From Malacoraja senta (taxonomy: Eukaryota), in NCBI GenBank assembly GCA_038087875.1, contig CM075980.1:9672001-9736000 (forward strand): DNA of 64,000 nt, read 5' to 3'. Position numbers and translations under genes: made by a program. Shown here piece by piece: positions 53,301 to 62,870 of this stretch (its first letter is position 1; each line of letters starts with the position of its first letter). The notes under the pieces are model-generated. The model was not told the DNA's origin. It ran no database searches and saw only the letters and a program-made list of their open reading frames with translations.

Positions 53301-56300
53301 GATAGCTAATGTTATCCCACTTTTCAAGAAAGGAGCGGGAGAGAAAACGGGGAATTACAAACCAGTTAGCCTGCTTTCGGTGGTGGGAAAGATGCTGGAG
53401 TCAATTATTAAAGAGGTAATAATGGGGCATTTGGATAGCAGTAAAAGGATTAGTCCAAGTCAACATGGATTTATGAAAGGAAATCATGCTTGACTAATCT
53501 TCTGGAATTTTTTGAGGATGTGACAAGTAAAATGGATGAAGGGGTGCCAGTGGATGTAGTGTATCTAGACTTTCAGAAAGCCTTTGATAAGGTCCCGCAC
53601 GGGAGACTGGTGACTAAAATTAGAGCACATGGTATTGGGGGTAGGGTGTTGACATGGATAGAAAATTGGTTGGCAGACCGGATGCAAAGAGTAGGAGTGA
53701 ATGGGTCCTTTTCAGAATGGCAGGCAGTGGCGAGTGGAGTGCCACAAGGCTCGGTGTTGGGACCGCAACTGTTTACCATATATATTAATGATTTGGAAGA
53801 GGGAATTAGAAGCAACACTAGCAAGTTTGCGGATGACACAAAGCTGGGTGGCAGTGTGAACTGTGAAGAGGATGTTAGGAGGTTGCAGGGTGACCTGGAC
53901 AGGTTGAGTGAGTGGGCAGATGCATGGCAGATGCAGTATAAGATAGATAAATGTGAGGTTATCCACTTTGGCGGCAAAAATAAGGGGGCAGATTATTATC
54001 TCAATGCGGTTAGGTTAGTTAAGGGGGAGGTGCAGCGAGACCTGGGTGTCCTTGTACACCAGTCACTGAAAGTTGGTGTGCAGGTACAGCAGGCAGTGAA
54101 GAAAGCTAATGGAATGTTGGCCTTCATAACAAGAGGATTTCAGTATAGGTGTAAATGGGTTCTTCTGCAGTTGTATAGGGCTCTGGTGAGACCACATCAA
54201 GAGTATTGTGCACAGTTTTGGTCTCCTAATTTGAGGAAGGACATCCTTGTGATTGAGGCAGTGCAGCGTAGGTTCACGAGATTGATCCCTGGGATGGCGG
54301 GACTGTCATGTGAGGAAAGATTGAAAAAACTAGGCATGTATTCACTGGAGTTTAGAAGGGTGAGGGGGGATCTTGTAGAAACATATAAAATTATAAAAGG
54401 ACTGGACAAGCTAGATGCAGGAAAAATGTTCCCAATGTTGGGCGAGTCCAGAACCAGGGGCCACAGGCTTAGAATAAACGGGAGGTCATTTAAGACTGAG
54501 GTGAGAAAAAACTTTTTCACCCAGAGAGTTGTGAATTTATGGAATTCCCTGCCACAGAGGGCAGTGGAGGCCAAATCACTGGATGGATTTAAGAGAGAGT
54601 TAGATGGAGCTCTAGGGGTTAGTGGAGTCAAGGGATATGGGGAGAAGGCAGGCACTGGTTATTGATAGGGGACGATCAGCCATGATCACAATGAATGGCG
54701 GTGCTGGCTCGAAGGGCCGAATGGCCTCCTCCTGCACCTATTTTCTATGTTTCTATGTTTCTATGTAACTGCCTACCAACAGTAATATGCGAGTAGGAAG
54801 GAACTGCAGATGGTGGTTTGCACCGAAGATAGACACAACATTCAGGATTAACTCAACGGGACAGGCAGCAATATGTGAGTGCTTTCACTATATGGATTGC
54901 AGTGGTTCAAGAAGGCTTGTCACCACCGTCTCAAGGACACTTAGGGTCAGACAAAAAAATGCAGGCTTATCAGGGAGGTTATGTTACCAAAACAATTTGA
55001 CAGGATGTACATAATATGTTAAAAATATACATGATGGTGCAACACAGAAGTTAACATCTGGCATTTTGTATAGACACTGTAATGGGAGCAGACTGGATGC
55101 ACAACATAACATAATAGGCTCATAGGAAAGAATCTTAGTTGTTTGATTTGTTTAGCTAACAACATATGCCGTATAACCTGACAAAGCTGTTTCGAATAGA
55201 TTACACCAGGTAGATCTTCCATTCCATTGGCAAAGACAGTGAACATAGAACAGCACAACACAGGAACACAGTAACAGGTTCTTCCGACCACAGTGTCTGT
55301 GCTGGACATGATGCCAAGTTAATCTACTCTGCCTGATACATTTCCCTCCATTCCTGCATATCTGCGTTCCTATCTAATAGCCTCTTATAGGCCACAATTG
55401 TATCGACTTCCAGCACCACCTCAGGCAACACATTCCAGAACCCACCACCCTCTGTGTAAAATAACATCTCCACCCATCTCCTTTAAACTTCCCCCTCTGA
55501 CCTGAAAACCTCGGCTTTGACATTTCCATCCTGGGAAAAGTGTTCTGACTGTCTACCCTATCTATGCCAAATGCTGCCTCGCCAAACTGGCAATGAACAG
55601 GGCCCAAACAAATGCAGGGACACAGAAAGAGATAGTATACATCCATAGAAGAATGTTTACTGACAGCTTTAGAAGTGTGATAATTTTGCCCGTACCTGAG
55701 TTGTTATGGTTATAGGCATATGCTTTGTTTCTTTCCTGGGTCGACCTTTCTTTTTCTTTTCCACAACGTCTGCTTCAGTGTCATTCTTACGTTTGGACAA
55801 TGACGAGATTTTAGAAGCCGGAATCTTCTCGTCACTGTCACTGCTGCTCTCTTGAATTTCTCTGGGTTTCAACTCTTTGGACAGGCCCAACTCTTTACCC
55901 CTATAAAGAGAGAACCACAACAAAGATACATTATTAGCCCATCTCATTCACCTTGGATGAACCAATTATGTATGTTGTCAATTGGAGTGTGTCTCGAGTT
56001 TAAAAAAATCCCTTTCATGACATCAAGAATGGATAAGATCGCAACAAATGACCTATTCTAATGGGAGAGATGCAACATAAAATATCTGTTTTCTTGTAAG
56101 CATGAACTGCAAGCTTCCGAGAAGTAATACACCTTGTAATACATTTTCGTGATAAAGCAATGTAATTTTAACTCATTGCAGTATTAACTTGCGGACAGTC
56201 CTAAGTCAATTAAAACAGACTCCACCAAAGTCGTCCATGTTGCTATCCTCATACCTGTCCAAGTCAATCTGCCTGGCAACAGAAGAGATGGGGGCTGTTC

Positions 56301-59300
56301 CAGGAGTAGATTTGGATCTTTCAGTGAACCTCGAGTCAAGAGCTTTCATTGGCTCAATCCTTGAAGGAGAAGTCAAAAGCTGAGTGCCTGTGGGCACAGC
56401 AGTGGGTGTACTAGTGATTGCAGACCTGAAAAACAAAGACATGACTTTAATGTCCATGTCTGGCCTACATACCACCCAACAACATACAGATATTTCAAAC
56501 CAACTATAGTATTCCCAAATATGTACACGGTCCATCCTGAAATTTTGTACAAAAAAAAAAGATTATATGCCATTTTGGATTTGTCGCTATTTTATATATT
56601 GCTTTAATTTCTCTTCTTAATGGGTCTTGAAGTAATCATCATTTACATAAGAGTCCAGAAATGAATGTTTACCAGGGATCGATCCTGACTCCAGGTGCTG
56701 TCTGCATGGCATTTGTCCGTTCTCCCTCTTACCTCTGGCTCAGGTTTCCTCCCACATCTCGAGGACATGCAGGTTTGTAGGTAAATTGGCTTTATAAATT
56801 GTTCCTAGTACATAGGATAGAACTAGTGAGTGGGTGATGGTCAGTCGGCGCAAACTCAATGGGCCAAAGTGCCTATTTCCACGCTGTATTTCTAAATTCA
56901 ATCATGGAAACTCACTGCAGACTGAGATTGGAAATGGTGGAGGGGAAAGACACTTATCCTGATGGTCACTCCGTGATATTTTAAAAAAAAATTAAAAAAT
57001 AAAAAAAATCAGGCAGCAGTGGGACTTAAGTGGTTTGCATTTAAGCGGTTTGCATTGAATAACCCTGCTGAACTAAATTGTAGAAATAAACTTAATAAAA
57101 ATGATGAAGCAGGTAGCATCAATTGGTGTGACAAAAGAGATGTCCAGTGAAATACAATTCAAACAAAGAATGAATAAACCCAATTGCCTAAATGTAGTAG
57201 AAGGTGACCGAGTTAAACAAATGTAAGAACACAGAACCTGGCATCTTGATGGTGCTTTGAAGACTGCCTCACCCTGTTCAATTTTTATGAAAGCCTCAGA
57301 TTATTGTCCCTGACCATAATATGATTAATATTGTAAAGCATGGTAAATATAGAAAATAAACATGACTCCCAAAAATTGAATTTTGTGACTGACAGGAAAA
57401 TAAAGTTGGCATATAACGGCTGGTTAAAAAGAACATTGGTATATAATGCCAATGCATGGAGTACAAATACACTATTATGAAAACACTATGAAACAACAGT
57501 GAAATCAGCCATGGGACAAAATGTGTAGGAAAGAACTGCAGATGCTGGTTTAAATCGAAGGTAGGTACAAAATGCTGGAGTAACTTAACGGGACAGGCAG
57601 CATCTCTGGAGAGGTCTAAAGGAGGGTCTCAACCCAAAACGTCACCCATTCCTTCTCCCAGAGATGCTGCCTGCCCCGCTGAGTTACTCCAGCATTTTGT
57701 GTCTACCTTCAGGCATGGGACAGTCTGTTCAGGTGTGGTCACCTTTTATTGACTAAATATGAAGCTCTTGGAGAGAACATAACCAAGAAAAACACCACCA
57801 GCTGATTCATAAAGTAGTTTGGGCAATTATCTTCCCTGAAAATTCAGGAACTAAACAAAGGTACATGTTTTATTTAAATAAATATGGTGAAAAATACAAC
57901 CTTGTTGCACAAAAATAACTAAAATATTGCAATTAATTACTTAGAAGAGCAATATTAGGCGACGCTGCCACCTAGTGGAACTCTGAACAATTCAGCTTAA
58001 AGTATTTAAAAACTTCAATAGTGTAGCTTTAGGTTGGAAAAAATAATAGAGTTTGGGTGATGAAGATAAATTCACACTAAGTTTCAGCACGTTGTCGCTC
58101 TCACTCAGAAATTTACAACTGGAAATAGGCGTAACAAAAGAACCGAAAAACCATAAAAGTTTTCACTCCACGGACTAAACAGAGACAATAGACAATAGGT
58201 GCAGGAGTAGGCCATTCAGCCCTTCGAGCCAGCACCGCCATTCAATGTGATCATAGCTGATCATCCCCAATCAGTACCCCGTTCCTGCCTTCTCCCCATA
58301 TCCACTGACTCCGCTATTTTTAAGAGCCCTATCTAGCTCTCTCTTGAAAGCATCCAGTGAACCCGCCTCCACCGCCCTCTGAGGCAGAGAATTCCACAGA
58401 TTCACCACTCTGTGAGAAAAAGTGTTTCCTCGTCTCCATTCGAAATAGCTTACTCCCTATAGCAAGAATGTCCTTCCTCAAATTAGGGGACCAAAACTGC
58501 ACACAATACTCCAGGTGTGGTCTCACTAGGGCTCTGTACAACTGCAGAAGGACCTCTTTGCTCCTATATTCGATTCCTCTTGTTATAAAGGCCAACATGC
58601 CATTCGCTTTCTTCACTGCCTGCTGTACCTGCATGCTTACTTTCATAGACTGATGTACAAGGACCCCCAGATCCCATTGTACTTCCCCTTTTCCCAACTT
58701 GACGCCATTTAGATAGTAATCTGCCTTCCTGTTTTTGCTACCAAAGTGGATAACCTCACATTTATCTGCATTATACTTCATCTGCCATGCATCTGCCCAC
58801 TCCCGCAACCTGTCCAAGTCACCCTGCATTCTCATAGCATCCTCCTCACAGTTCACACTGCCACCCAGCTTTGTGTCATCTGCAAATTTGCTAATGTTAC
58901 TTTGAATCCCTTCGTCCAAATCATTGATGTATATTGTAAATAGCTGCAGTCCCAGCACCAAGCCTTGCGGTACCCCACTAGTCACTGCCTGCCGTCCTGA
59001 ATGGGACCCGTTAATCCCTACTCTTTGTTTCCTGTCTGCCAACCACTTATCTATCCATGTCAGCACTCTACCCCCAATACCATGTGCCCTAATTATTCCC
59101 ACTAATCTTCTATGTGGGACCTTATCAAATGCTTTCTGAAAGTCCAGGTACACTACATCCACTGGCTCTCCCTTGTCCATTTTCCTAGTTACATCTTCAC
59201 AGAGATGACCGAGAACCCGTGGCTTACGCCGATTAAAATATTGGTTGGACTGTTTGTCAGTCAGCATTCTGTTAATTATGAAAAACTGGTGCTGGTGGAA

Positions 59301-61255
59301 ATAGTTCATGGATTTGTTTATTCACCGAATTGATTTCTGCTTATTGGCCTGTCTTGCCACTCCAATGAAGATGTAGTTAAAAACTGATCACAAATCTACA
59401 ATAGATTTATGAGTGCAGGATATCCTTAGTTGTGATTCATTACCATCCTTCCATTTGCACTTTTACTTCAACTTTAGCCCATTATGGTTTCACCCTACCT
59501 CCTCTCAGGACTTCATTCCATTCAGTGGTCTCGCTGTCACATCTGTTCTGATCCTGTGCTTATTCTGCAAAGTGTTTATTCTGATACTTTTTTTTTCTCA
59601 ACCACAAATCCCTTTCCACCATAGTTAACGTGATCTCTTAACCCTATCCATTCTTGCACACCCCCCCCCTTATTTCAAAACATCATGACAGGGTTCCTCC
59701 AATTCTCACCTTCCACCCCACCAACTCCCCCACACTCAAATATGGACACATTTCCAGAATCTCCAGCGTGATGCCACAATCAGCTCCTCTACTTTGATGA
59801 CATAAATGTCACCAATTTATTTTCTCCCTTTTCAGCTTGCCAAAATGACCATTTCCCACTCAGTTCCTCAATCCCTTCTAACCTCATCTCCCCTTCCAAA
59901 ACCACCCTGTTAAGAAACAATGAGATGAAATGCCTGTCCTTTAACCCCCTCCCTTCTTGCTCTCCAAATCCTAAGGCGAAACAGTGATTCATTTTCTTCA
60001 AAATATTCACTGCTCACGATGCAATCTCCCTTATACTGTGGTGTCCAGAACCAGACTGCTCTGCAAAACACCTCAATTTATTCTGTCAGAAGGACCCCAA
60101 GCTTTTAGTCTATCAGTTTAATTCTCCATTCCATTCTTTGTTCCTCGCGTTCCATAACTGTTCCAGTGGAGGTTAAAGGTGAAGAAAGACCACCTGAAGT
60201 TTTTCCACAAAGAGATTACAACCTTCAAGGCTCAGAGTTCAACAATTTCAGACTCTGGTATTCACATTTATACCTCCCAAATCAGATTTTGTTTCTTTAT
60301 TTGTTGTTCTTCTAGCATCATCTTCCTTTGAGTAATTTATAAGCCTGTCCCACTTAGGCGGTTCTTTAGGCGCCTGCCAGGGACTAATTTTAATGGAATT
60401 CACCTACGACACCTGGCGACAACCTACGACAACACATACGTCAACCTACGACCGCAAAAATTCTCGCTACTGTCGCTGAAAATTTTTCAACATGTTCCTC
60501 AAATTTTTTGAACAAAATCGCCTAAGTGGGACAGGCCCATTAATTTCTCCTGCTGTCACCTTTATCTCTTTTTCTCCCCTCGCCTCCGTTCTCTTTTCCA
60601 CAGATGTCGCCTAAGCTGTTAACTTCCTTACATTTTATGTTATTTCATATCTGCAGTTGAAGGAGTGGAAGTTTAATTAATTTCCCTTTTGCTGTGATAC
60701 TGGTCTCCTGTCGCTAGATGGCACTTTTGCTCCACAGCAACCACCACAGTTCGCTGCACCTGCTCGGCTCCTTCCCACAAGTGGGGGAGGGGAAGAGTCT
60801 TTTGTTCCTCTGTACTTTCCGCAGAAAACTGCAGCTTCAAACAACTCTAATCAAATGAATTAACTTTGATTTTGTTCAGCACCATTCAAATATCTGAGCT
60901 GGGATCAAAGAAACATTCTCGCACTTAGATTTATACTGCATCTGAACAGGCCGAGTTATAAAATAAAGCATTGCACCCAGTTACTGATGAGAAATAGGGT
61001 GACATATCCATGTAGGTGTGTATCACTATTCAAATCCAGTTGTACTCAGCATTTGCACCTTACCCGTCTTTGTTGGGGCTGTCTTCAGGTGGCTTTGCAA
61101 TGGCTGGTGCGGGGTCCTGAGATAGTTTAGCAGAGACGGACTTGGCAGCATTAGAGTCTGAGGAAGGCTGTGGCTGGCTGATCTGTGAAGACAGCACTGA
61201 CCCTGGAAGTGCCCCCGTGATGGGTACACTATTAAAAAAAGCAGTCGAAAAATCC
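20254..61255 (-). CDS. hira: Histone chaperone HIRA, last 12 coding exons (about 544 C-terminal aa); 5' part lies beyond the window end
   Basis: Exons 61255-61064, 56425-56255, 55900-55696, 51638-51540, 51070-50922, 47542-47381, 46462-46404, 35162-35057, 30512-30390, 24676-24513, 24259-24171, 20370-20254. All GT-AG with matching phases; total 1636 nt. Recognisable HIRA motifs: DFSTAFFNS, SPSRIEPMKALDSRFTERSK, ESSSDSDEK...KKKKGRPRK, TTLAYLENQVAAA...EYRHWLL, GLRKRELLKE...IGQNLRFQRLFTE. Confidence 0.96.
20835..21135. mobile_element. Inverted pair of PLE tails
   Basis: - strand tail (20835-20995) faces + strand tail (21040-21135); hammerhead boxes decayed (GAAG instead of GAAA). Confidence 0.8.
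21355..22350. mobile_element. PLE with inverted arms
   Basis: - strand arm about 21355-22035 includes GIY-YIG C-terminus (EEQHLIFHLGSFQPNGINIEFSNFR); + strand arm about 22055-22350 is its reverse complement (GTGTGAGACAAAAGGATCAGA vs TCTGATCCTTTTTGTCTCACA). Confidence 0.8.
22640..23330 (+). mobile_element. CR1 APE-endonuclease fragment
   Basis: VAETES...YRYYRRD...GGSVVLLIKE...GVFYMPSNS...IIGDFYFPNVDW; frameshifted. Confidence 0.85.
24171..24259 (-). CDS. hira: hira exon (GFEPRLRELCKDLLGPVHNSSSSQWESTVL)
   Basis: 89 nt, canonical splice sites, phase 1/0. Confidence 0.94.
24513..24676 (-). CDS. hira: hira exon (AGRQAARL...TTLAYLENQVAAAMTLKSSQEYRHWLLIYTRYLVNE)
   Basis: 164 nt, canonical splice sites, phase 2/1. 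Confidence 0.95.
24755..25149 (-). mobile_element. PLE 3' remnant (downstream half; upstream half at 29745-29790)
   Basis: PDVPVAQHFN...LEEQHLVFRMG and tail with hammerhead; continues on the other side of the CR1 insertion. Confidence 0.8.
24842..24869 (-). ncRNA. Minimal hammerhead-ribozyme core in a PLE tail inside a hira intron (sense to hira)
   Basis: - strand reads CTGAAGA-A-GGGTC-TC-GACCC-GAAA-TGTC; perfect helix II, CpG-type change in helix III. Confidence 0.45.
25150..29744 (-). mobile_element. Long CR1 (ORF1 C-terminus, APE endonuclease, RT), frameshifted, containing a nested CR1
   Basis: ORF fragments 25239-26177, 26116-26520, 26489-26752, 27377-27763; ORF1 esterase-like end at 29615-29744 (LNVWLRNWCRGQGFRFLDHW...DGLHL); GGTTA duplicated at 25145-25149 and 29745-29749. 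Confidence 0.92.
27960..29344 (+). mobile_element. 5'-truncated CR1 nested in the opposite orientation inside the previous CR1
   Basis: RT fragments 27983-28192, 28155-28709, 28761-29255 with tail TTCTATGTTTCTA. Host sequence TGTCATA|TCTACC (intact at about 39173-39185) is split around it. Confidence 0.92.
30390..30512 (-). CDS. hira: hira exon (NLISDKQDSLVQCADYRSCLTSQEAMLCSGPLATVQG)
   Basis: 123 nt, canonical splice sites, phase 2/2. Confidence 0.93.
30615..30950 (-). mobile_element. Degenerate CR1 3' fragment (SINE-partner tail type)
   Basis: DRVDTVS...LRTRGLSF...NLFTQMVVGIWNELP and GAAGGGCCTGTTTCCATGCTGTA tail. Confidence 0.8.
33353..33630 (+). mobile_element. tRNA-derived SINE (HE1-like)
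   Basis: GGGCGGCAC start, GGTTCGACCC B-box-like motif, GGGCCGAAGGGCTTGTTTCCAC tail and (CTAAA)n; CpG-decayed relative to the 8166-8471 copy. Confidence 0.82.
34250..34670 (+). mobile_element. Degenerate CR1 3' fragment
   Basis: LGLFSLEHQRLRENLMQVYKIIRGIDRVD...VGAWNVLP. Confidence 0.8.
35057..35162 (-). CDS. hira: hira exon (NDTTITQSLLTHHGVPVVTLSNGKSYCFNTSLCTW)
   Basis: 106 nt, canonical splice sites, phase 1/2; below the ORF-track length cutoff, found by manual translation. Confidence 0.92.
35581..35796 (-). mobile_element. CR1 3'-end fragment
   Basis: AATAGACAATAGG tail, 3' UTR and last RT codons. Confidence 0.85.
36374..39483 (-). mobile_element. Long CR1 (ORF1 tail, APE endonuclease, RT) inserted in the Tc1
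   Basis: ORF fragments 39063-39485, 38767-38982, 38017-38742, 36972-37970, 36453-36944; ACATGA duplicated at 36368-36373 and 39484-39489. Confidence 0.93.
39486..40528 (+). pseudogene. Tc1 transposase (DDE) pseudogene
   Basis: ATG at 39486; HTH TLGLPKSTVWNII, GKPRKT, WTDETKINL, QQDNDPKH, SPDLNLIE; ends KGYATKY* at 40528; frameshifts near 40030-40090 and 40290. Confidence 0.9.
41090..41945 (+). mobile_element. Degenerate CR1 RT 3' part
   Basis: WAEEWLMEFKTEKCEVLDFGKSN...LVRPHLEY and GAAGGCCTGTTTCCACACTGTATGACT tail. Confidence 0.85.
44136..45519 (+). mobile_element. 5'-truncated CR1, same subfamily as 2586-3575 and 58183-59200
   Basis: RT fragments 44185-44574, 44540-44785, 44797-45015, 45052-45423 (GIQSNISKFADD, MKVSMQVQQAVKK) and tail. 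Confidence 0.93.
46404..46462 (-). CDS. hira: hira exon (DAKKQTVLVKDESLITILSG)
   Basis: 59 nt, canonical splice sites, phase 2/1. Confidence 0.9.
47381..47542 (-). CDS. hira: hira exon (DLVSVACEERMVSVFSASGRRLLPAILL...ATLSVW)
   Basis: 162 nt, canonical splice sites, phase 2/2. Confidence 0.94.
48440..48935 (+). mobile_element. Degenerate CR1 3' fragment
   Basis: LGRLGLHLLERRRMRNDLVELCKIMKGINRVD and CTATGACT tail. Confidence 0.8.
50922..51070 (-). CDS. hira: hira exon (VSTEPAMYIEVEND...SRLKCMREGKEWDTLLTSRILTAAGS)
   Basis: 149 nt, canonical splice sites, phase 0/2. Confidence 0.94.
51540..51638 (-). CDS. hira: hira exon (PAPSTEKE...FKLPTPTPKKAFNIQ)
   Basis: 99 nt, canonical splice sites, phase 0/0. 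Confidence 0.88.
52910..54766 (+). mobile_element. 5'-truncated CR1, same subfamily as 25150-29744 and 36374-39483
   Basis: ORFs 53146-53493 and 53490-54665 (one frameshift), GIRSNTSKFADD, (TTCTATGT)3 tail. Confidence 0.94.
55250..55565 (-). mobile_element. Degenerate CR1 3' fragment
   Basis: GIDRVDSQNTFPRMEMSK...FTQRVVG on the - strand. Confidence 0.75.
55696..55900 (-). CDS. hira: hira exon (GKELGLSKELKPRE...ESSSDSDEK...KKKKGRPRK...TTQ)
   Basis: 205 nt, canonical splice sites, phase 2/0. Confidence 0.93.
56255..56425 (-). CDS. hira: hira exon (SAITSTPT...SPSRIEPMKALDSRFTERSKSTPG...DLD)
   Basis: 171 nt, canonical splice sites, phase 2/2. Confidence 0.93.
56674..56900 (+). mobile_element. 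Degenerate HE1-like SINE
   Basis: GGTGCTGTCTGCATGG...GGTTTCCTCCCACATC...GGGCCAAAGTGCCTATTTCCACGCTGTA matches the other SINE copies. Confidence 0.7.
57525..57712. mobile_element. Inverted pair of PLE tails
   Basis: GAACTGCAGATGCTGG...CATCTCTGGAGAG followed by its reverse complement; central hammerhead decayed. Confidence 0.8.
58183..59200 (-). mobile_element. 5'-truncated CR1 with internal deletion
   Basis: RT frame within ORF 58329-59309; deletion after KDILAI; AATAGACAATAGG tail. Confidence 0.93.
59640..60300 (+). mobile_element. Degenerate PLE ORF remnant
   Basis: RVPPILTFHP...FQNLQRDAT-like stretch resembling the PLE RT-to-endonuclease linker; heavily decayed, boundaries approximate. 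Confidence 0.5.
60343..60536. mobile_element. MITE with 18-bp perfect terminal inverted repeats
   Basis: GCCTGTCCCACTTAGGCG (60343-60360) and CGCCTAAGTGGGACAGGC (60519-60536); TTAA at 60540-60543; internal ACCTACGAC repeats. Confidence 0.8.
61064..61255 (-). CDS. hira: hira exon (DFSTAFFNSVPITGALPG...SPNKDG)
   Basis: 192 nt; AG at 61257-61256, GT at 61063-61062; phase 2 at both ends. Confidence 0.92.
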
Positions 61256-62717
61256 CTAATGATAAAAGAAACAAACAAAAGGCAGGTCATGTGAGAAGCC
61301 ATTTTGTGGCATTCATAGTTTCTTACACAATGGCTTTTGGGGAATTAAATATTGCATTGAATTTACTCAAATGAAGACAATTTTGTTGAGTTCATTAATC
61401 CAAAACATAATTTTTATAACAGCTCAGAGAGTGACAGTGAAGCATGTTTCATTTACTGATGGCAAATGCTGGAGACTCCTTGGTTTCAGCTGTTCAGAGA
61501 ATGCACTCTGCACTACAAGCAATCTCTCCCAAGGTGGGCAAGAGCACACAATCACAAGTCTGCAAGTACACTAAGTCTCGGAAAGGAAAGGACAAAAGAA
61601 AAGAGGACGCAGGCAGGTCTTAGCCAGGAGGATACTTAATATCTAACATTACATGGGACACCAAGGACCGAATCCAGTAAGCTCACTGAAATGTGCAAGG
61701 TAGCAGGGATTGAATATTTCATGACATGAATTCATTTTTTACTGCTACACAGATTTTAACATTAATTGGGAGGATTGGACAAGCCATCGAATCTCTGCTA
61801 ATTCTGTGAGACATATCGCAACTAGCATCTGTTGTCAGGGGAAAAGCATTATAAGGATGCCCTTTCGAAACTGTAAAACTTTCCCCATCACCCCCCCAAC
61901 CAAGCCAGCATCACCACCACATCCACATGGTAAAGGGTCTTCCTAACACACGAACAGGTATGGGTGGTGATATACAAGGGAGAGACAATGATTAGCAGCA
62001 ACACAGAAGAACTTTATCACATTCTGTCCTCCTTAAATGATATTATTATTGCTAATCCTTCACCAACATTATGACAGAGAGAGTCACCAGTGAGCAGAAA
62101 CCTATGATACTGATACATATGGCAAGTGATTCATTTCCTAACTTTCAATGTCTACATGTCAAGGAACATGTCAGAAGTGTAAATTTCTTGGATGAATGGT
62201 GCTTCAGGTCAAAGCAGCTACTTACTAGATTTGGACTCCACCCAGCTAAATATTCACTCACTCTATTGCTACAATGAGTATAGTAAATCAGTGCACTGTA
62301 GCATCTCATCGCTGCTTCTTCAAAGGCACCTCCAACCCAAGGACTTCTGCTTCTGGACAGCCAATGGAATACAGCATCCTGGCATGAAATGATGTGGCCA
62401 ATCCTTTAGCATTGCTGGCCTAACTATAGGAACTTCCAATAAAAAGGTGCCAACAGAATATCCAAAACTTAAATTACAGGAAGTGACCACCTTCTCAATT
62501 ATGTTAAGACATGGCCAACAACTGCACAGCTTGCCGATGAAGTCCACATCTTAAATATCAAAGCACACTTTGCAGTAAGGACTGATCAACTGCAGTCAAG
62601 CAGAGTGAATATTGTTTTGAATAATAACATGATAATATGGCCTAATTAATCAAAGCAAAATTCTCTTTGGAACTGCCAGCATTATGGATCTGTGAATTCT
62701 CCCTTGGTGGAGATTCC

Positions 62718-62870
62718 ATTTCGGGTCGAGACCCTTCTTCAGTCCTAGTCTGAAGAAGGGTCTCGACCCATTCCTTCTCTCCAGAGATGCTACCTGTCCC
62801 ACTGAGTTACTCCAGCATTTTGTGTCTATCATCAGTTTAAACCAGCATCTGCAGTTCCATCCTACACATT
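62718..62870. mobile_element. Palindromic head-to-head PLE tails
   Basis: TTTCGGGTCGAGACCCTTCTTCAG-tcctagt-CTGAAGAAGGGTCTCGACCC followed by the standard tail. Confidence 0.8.
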
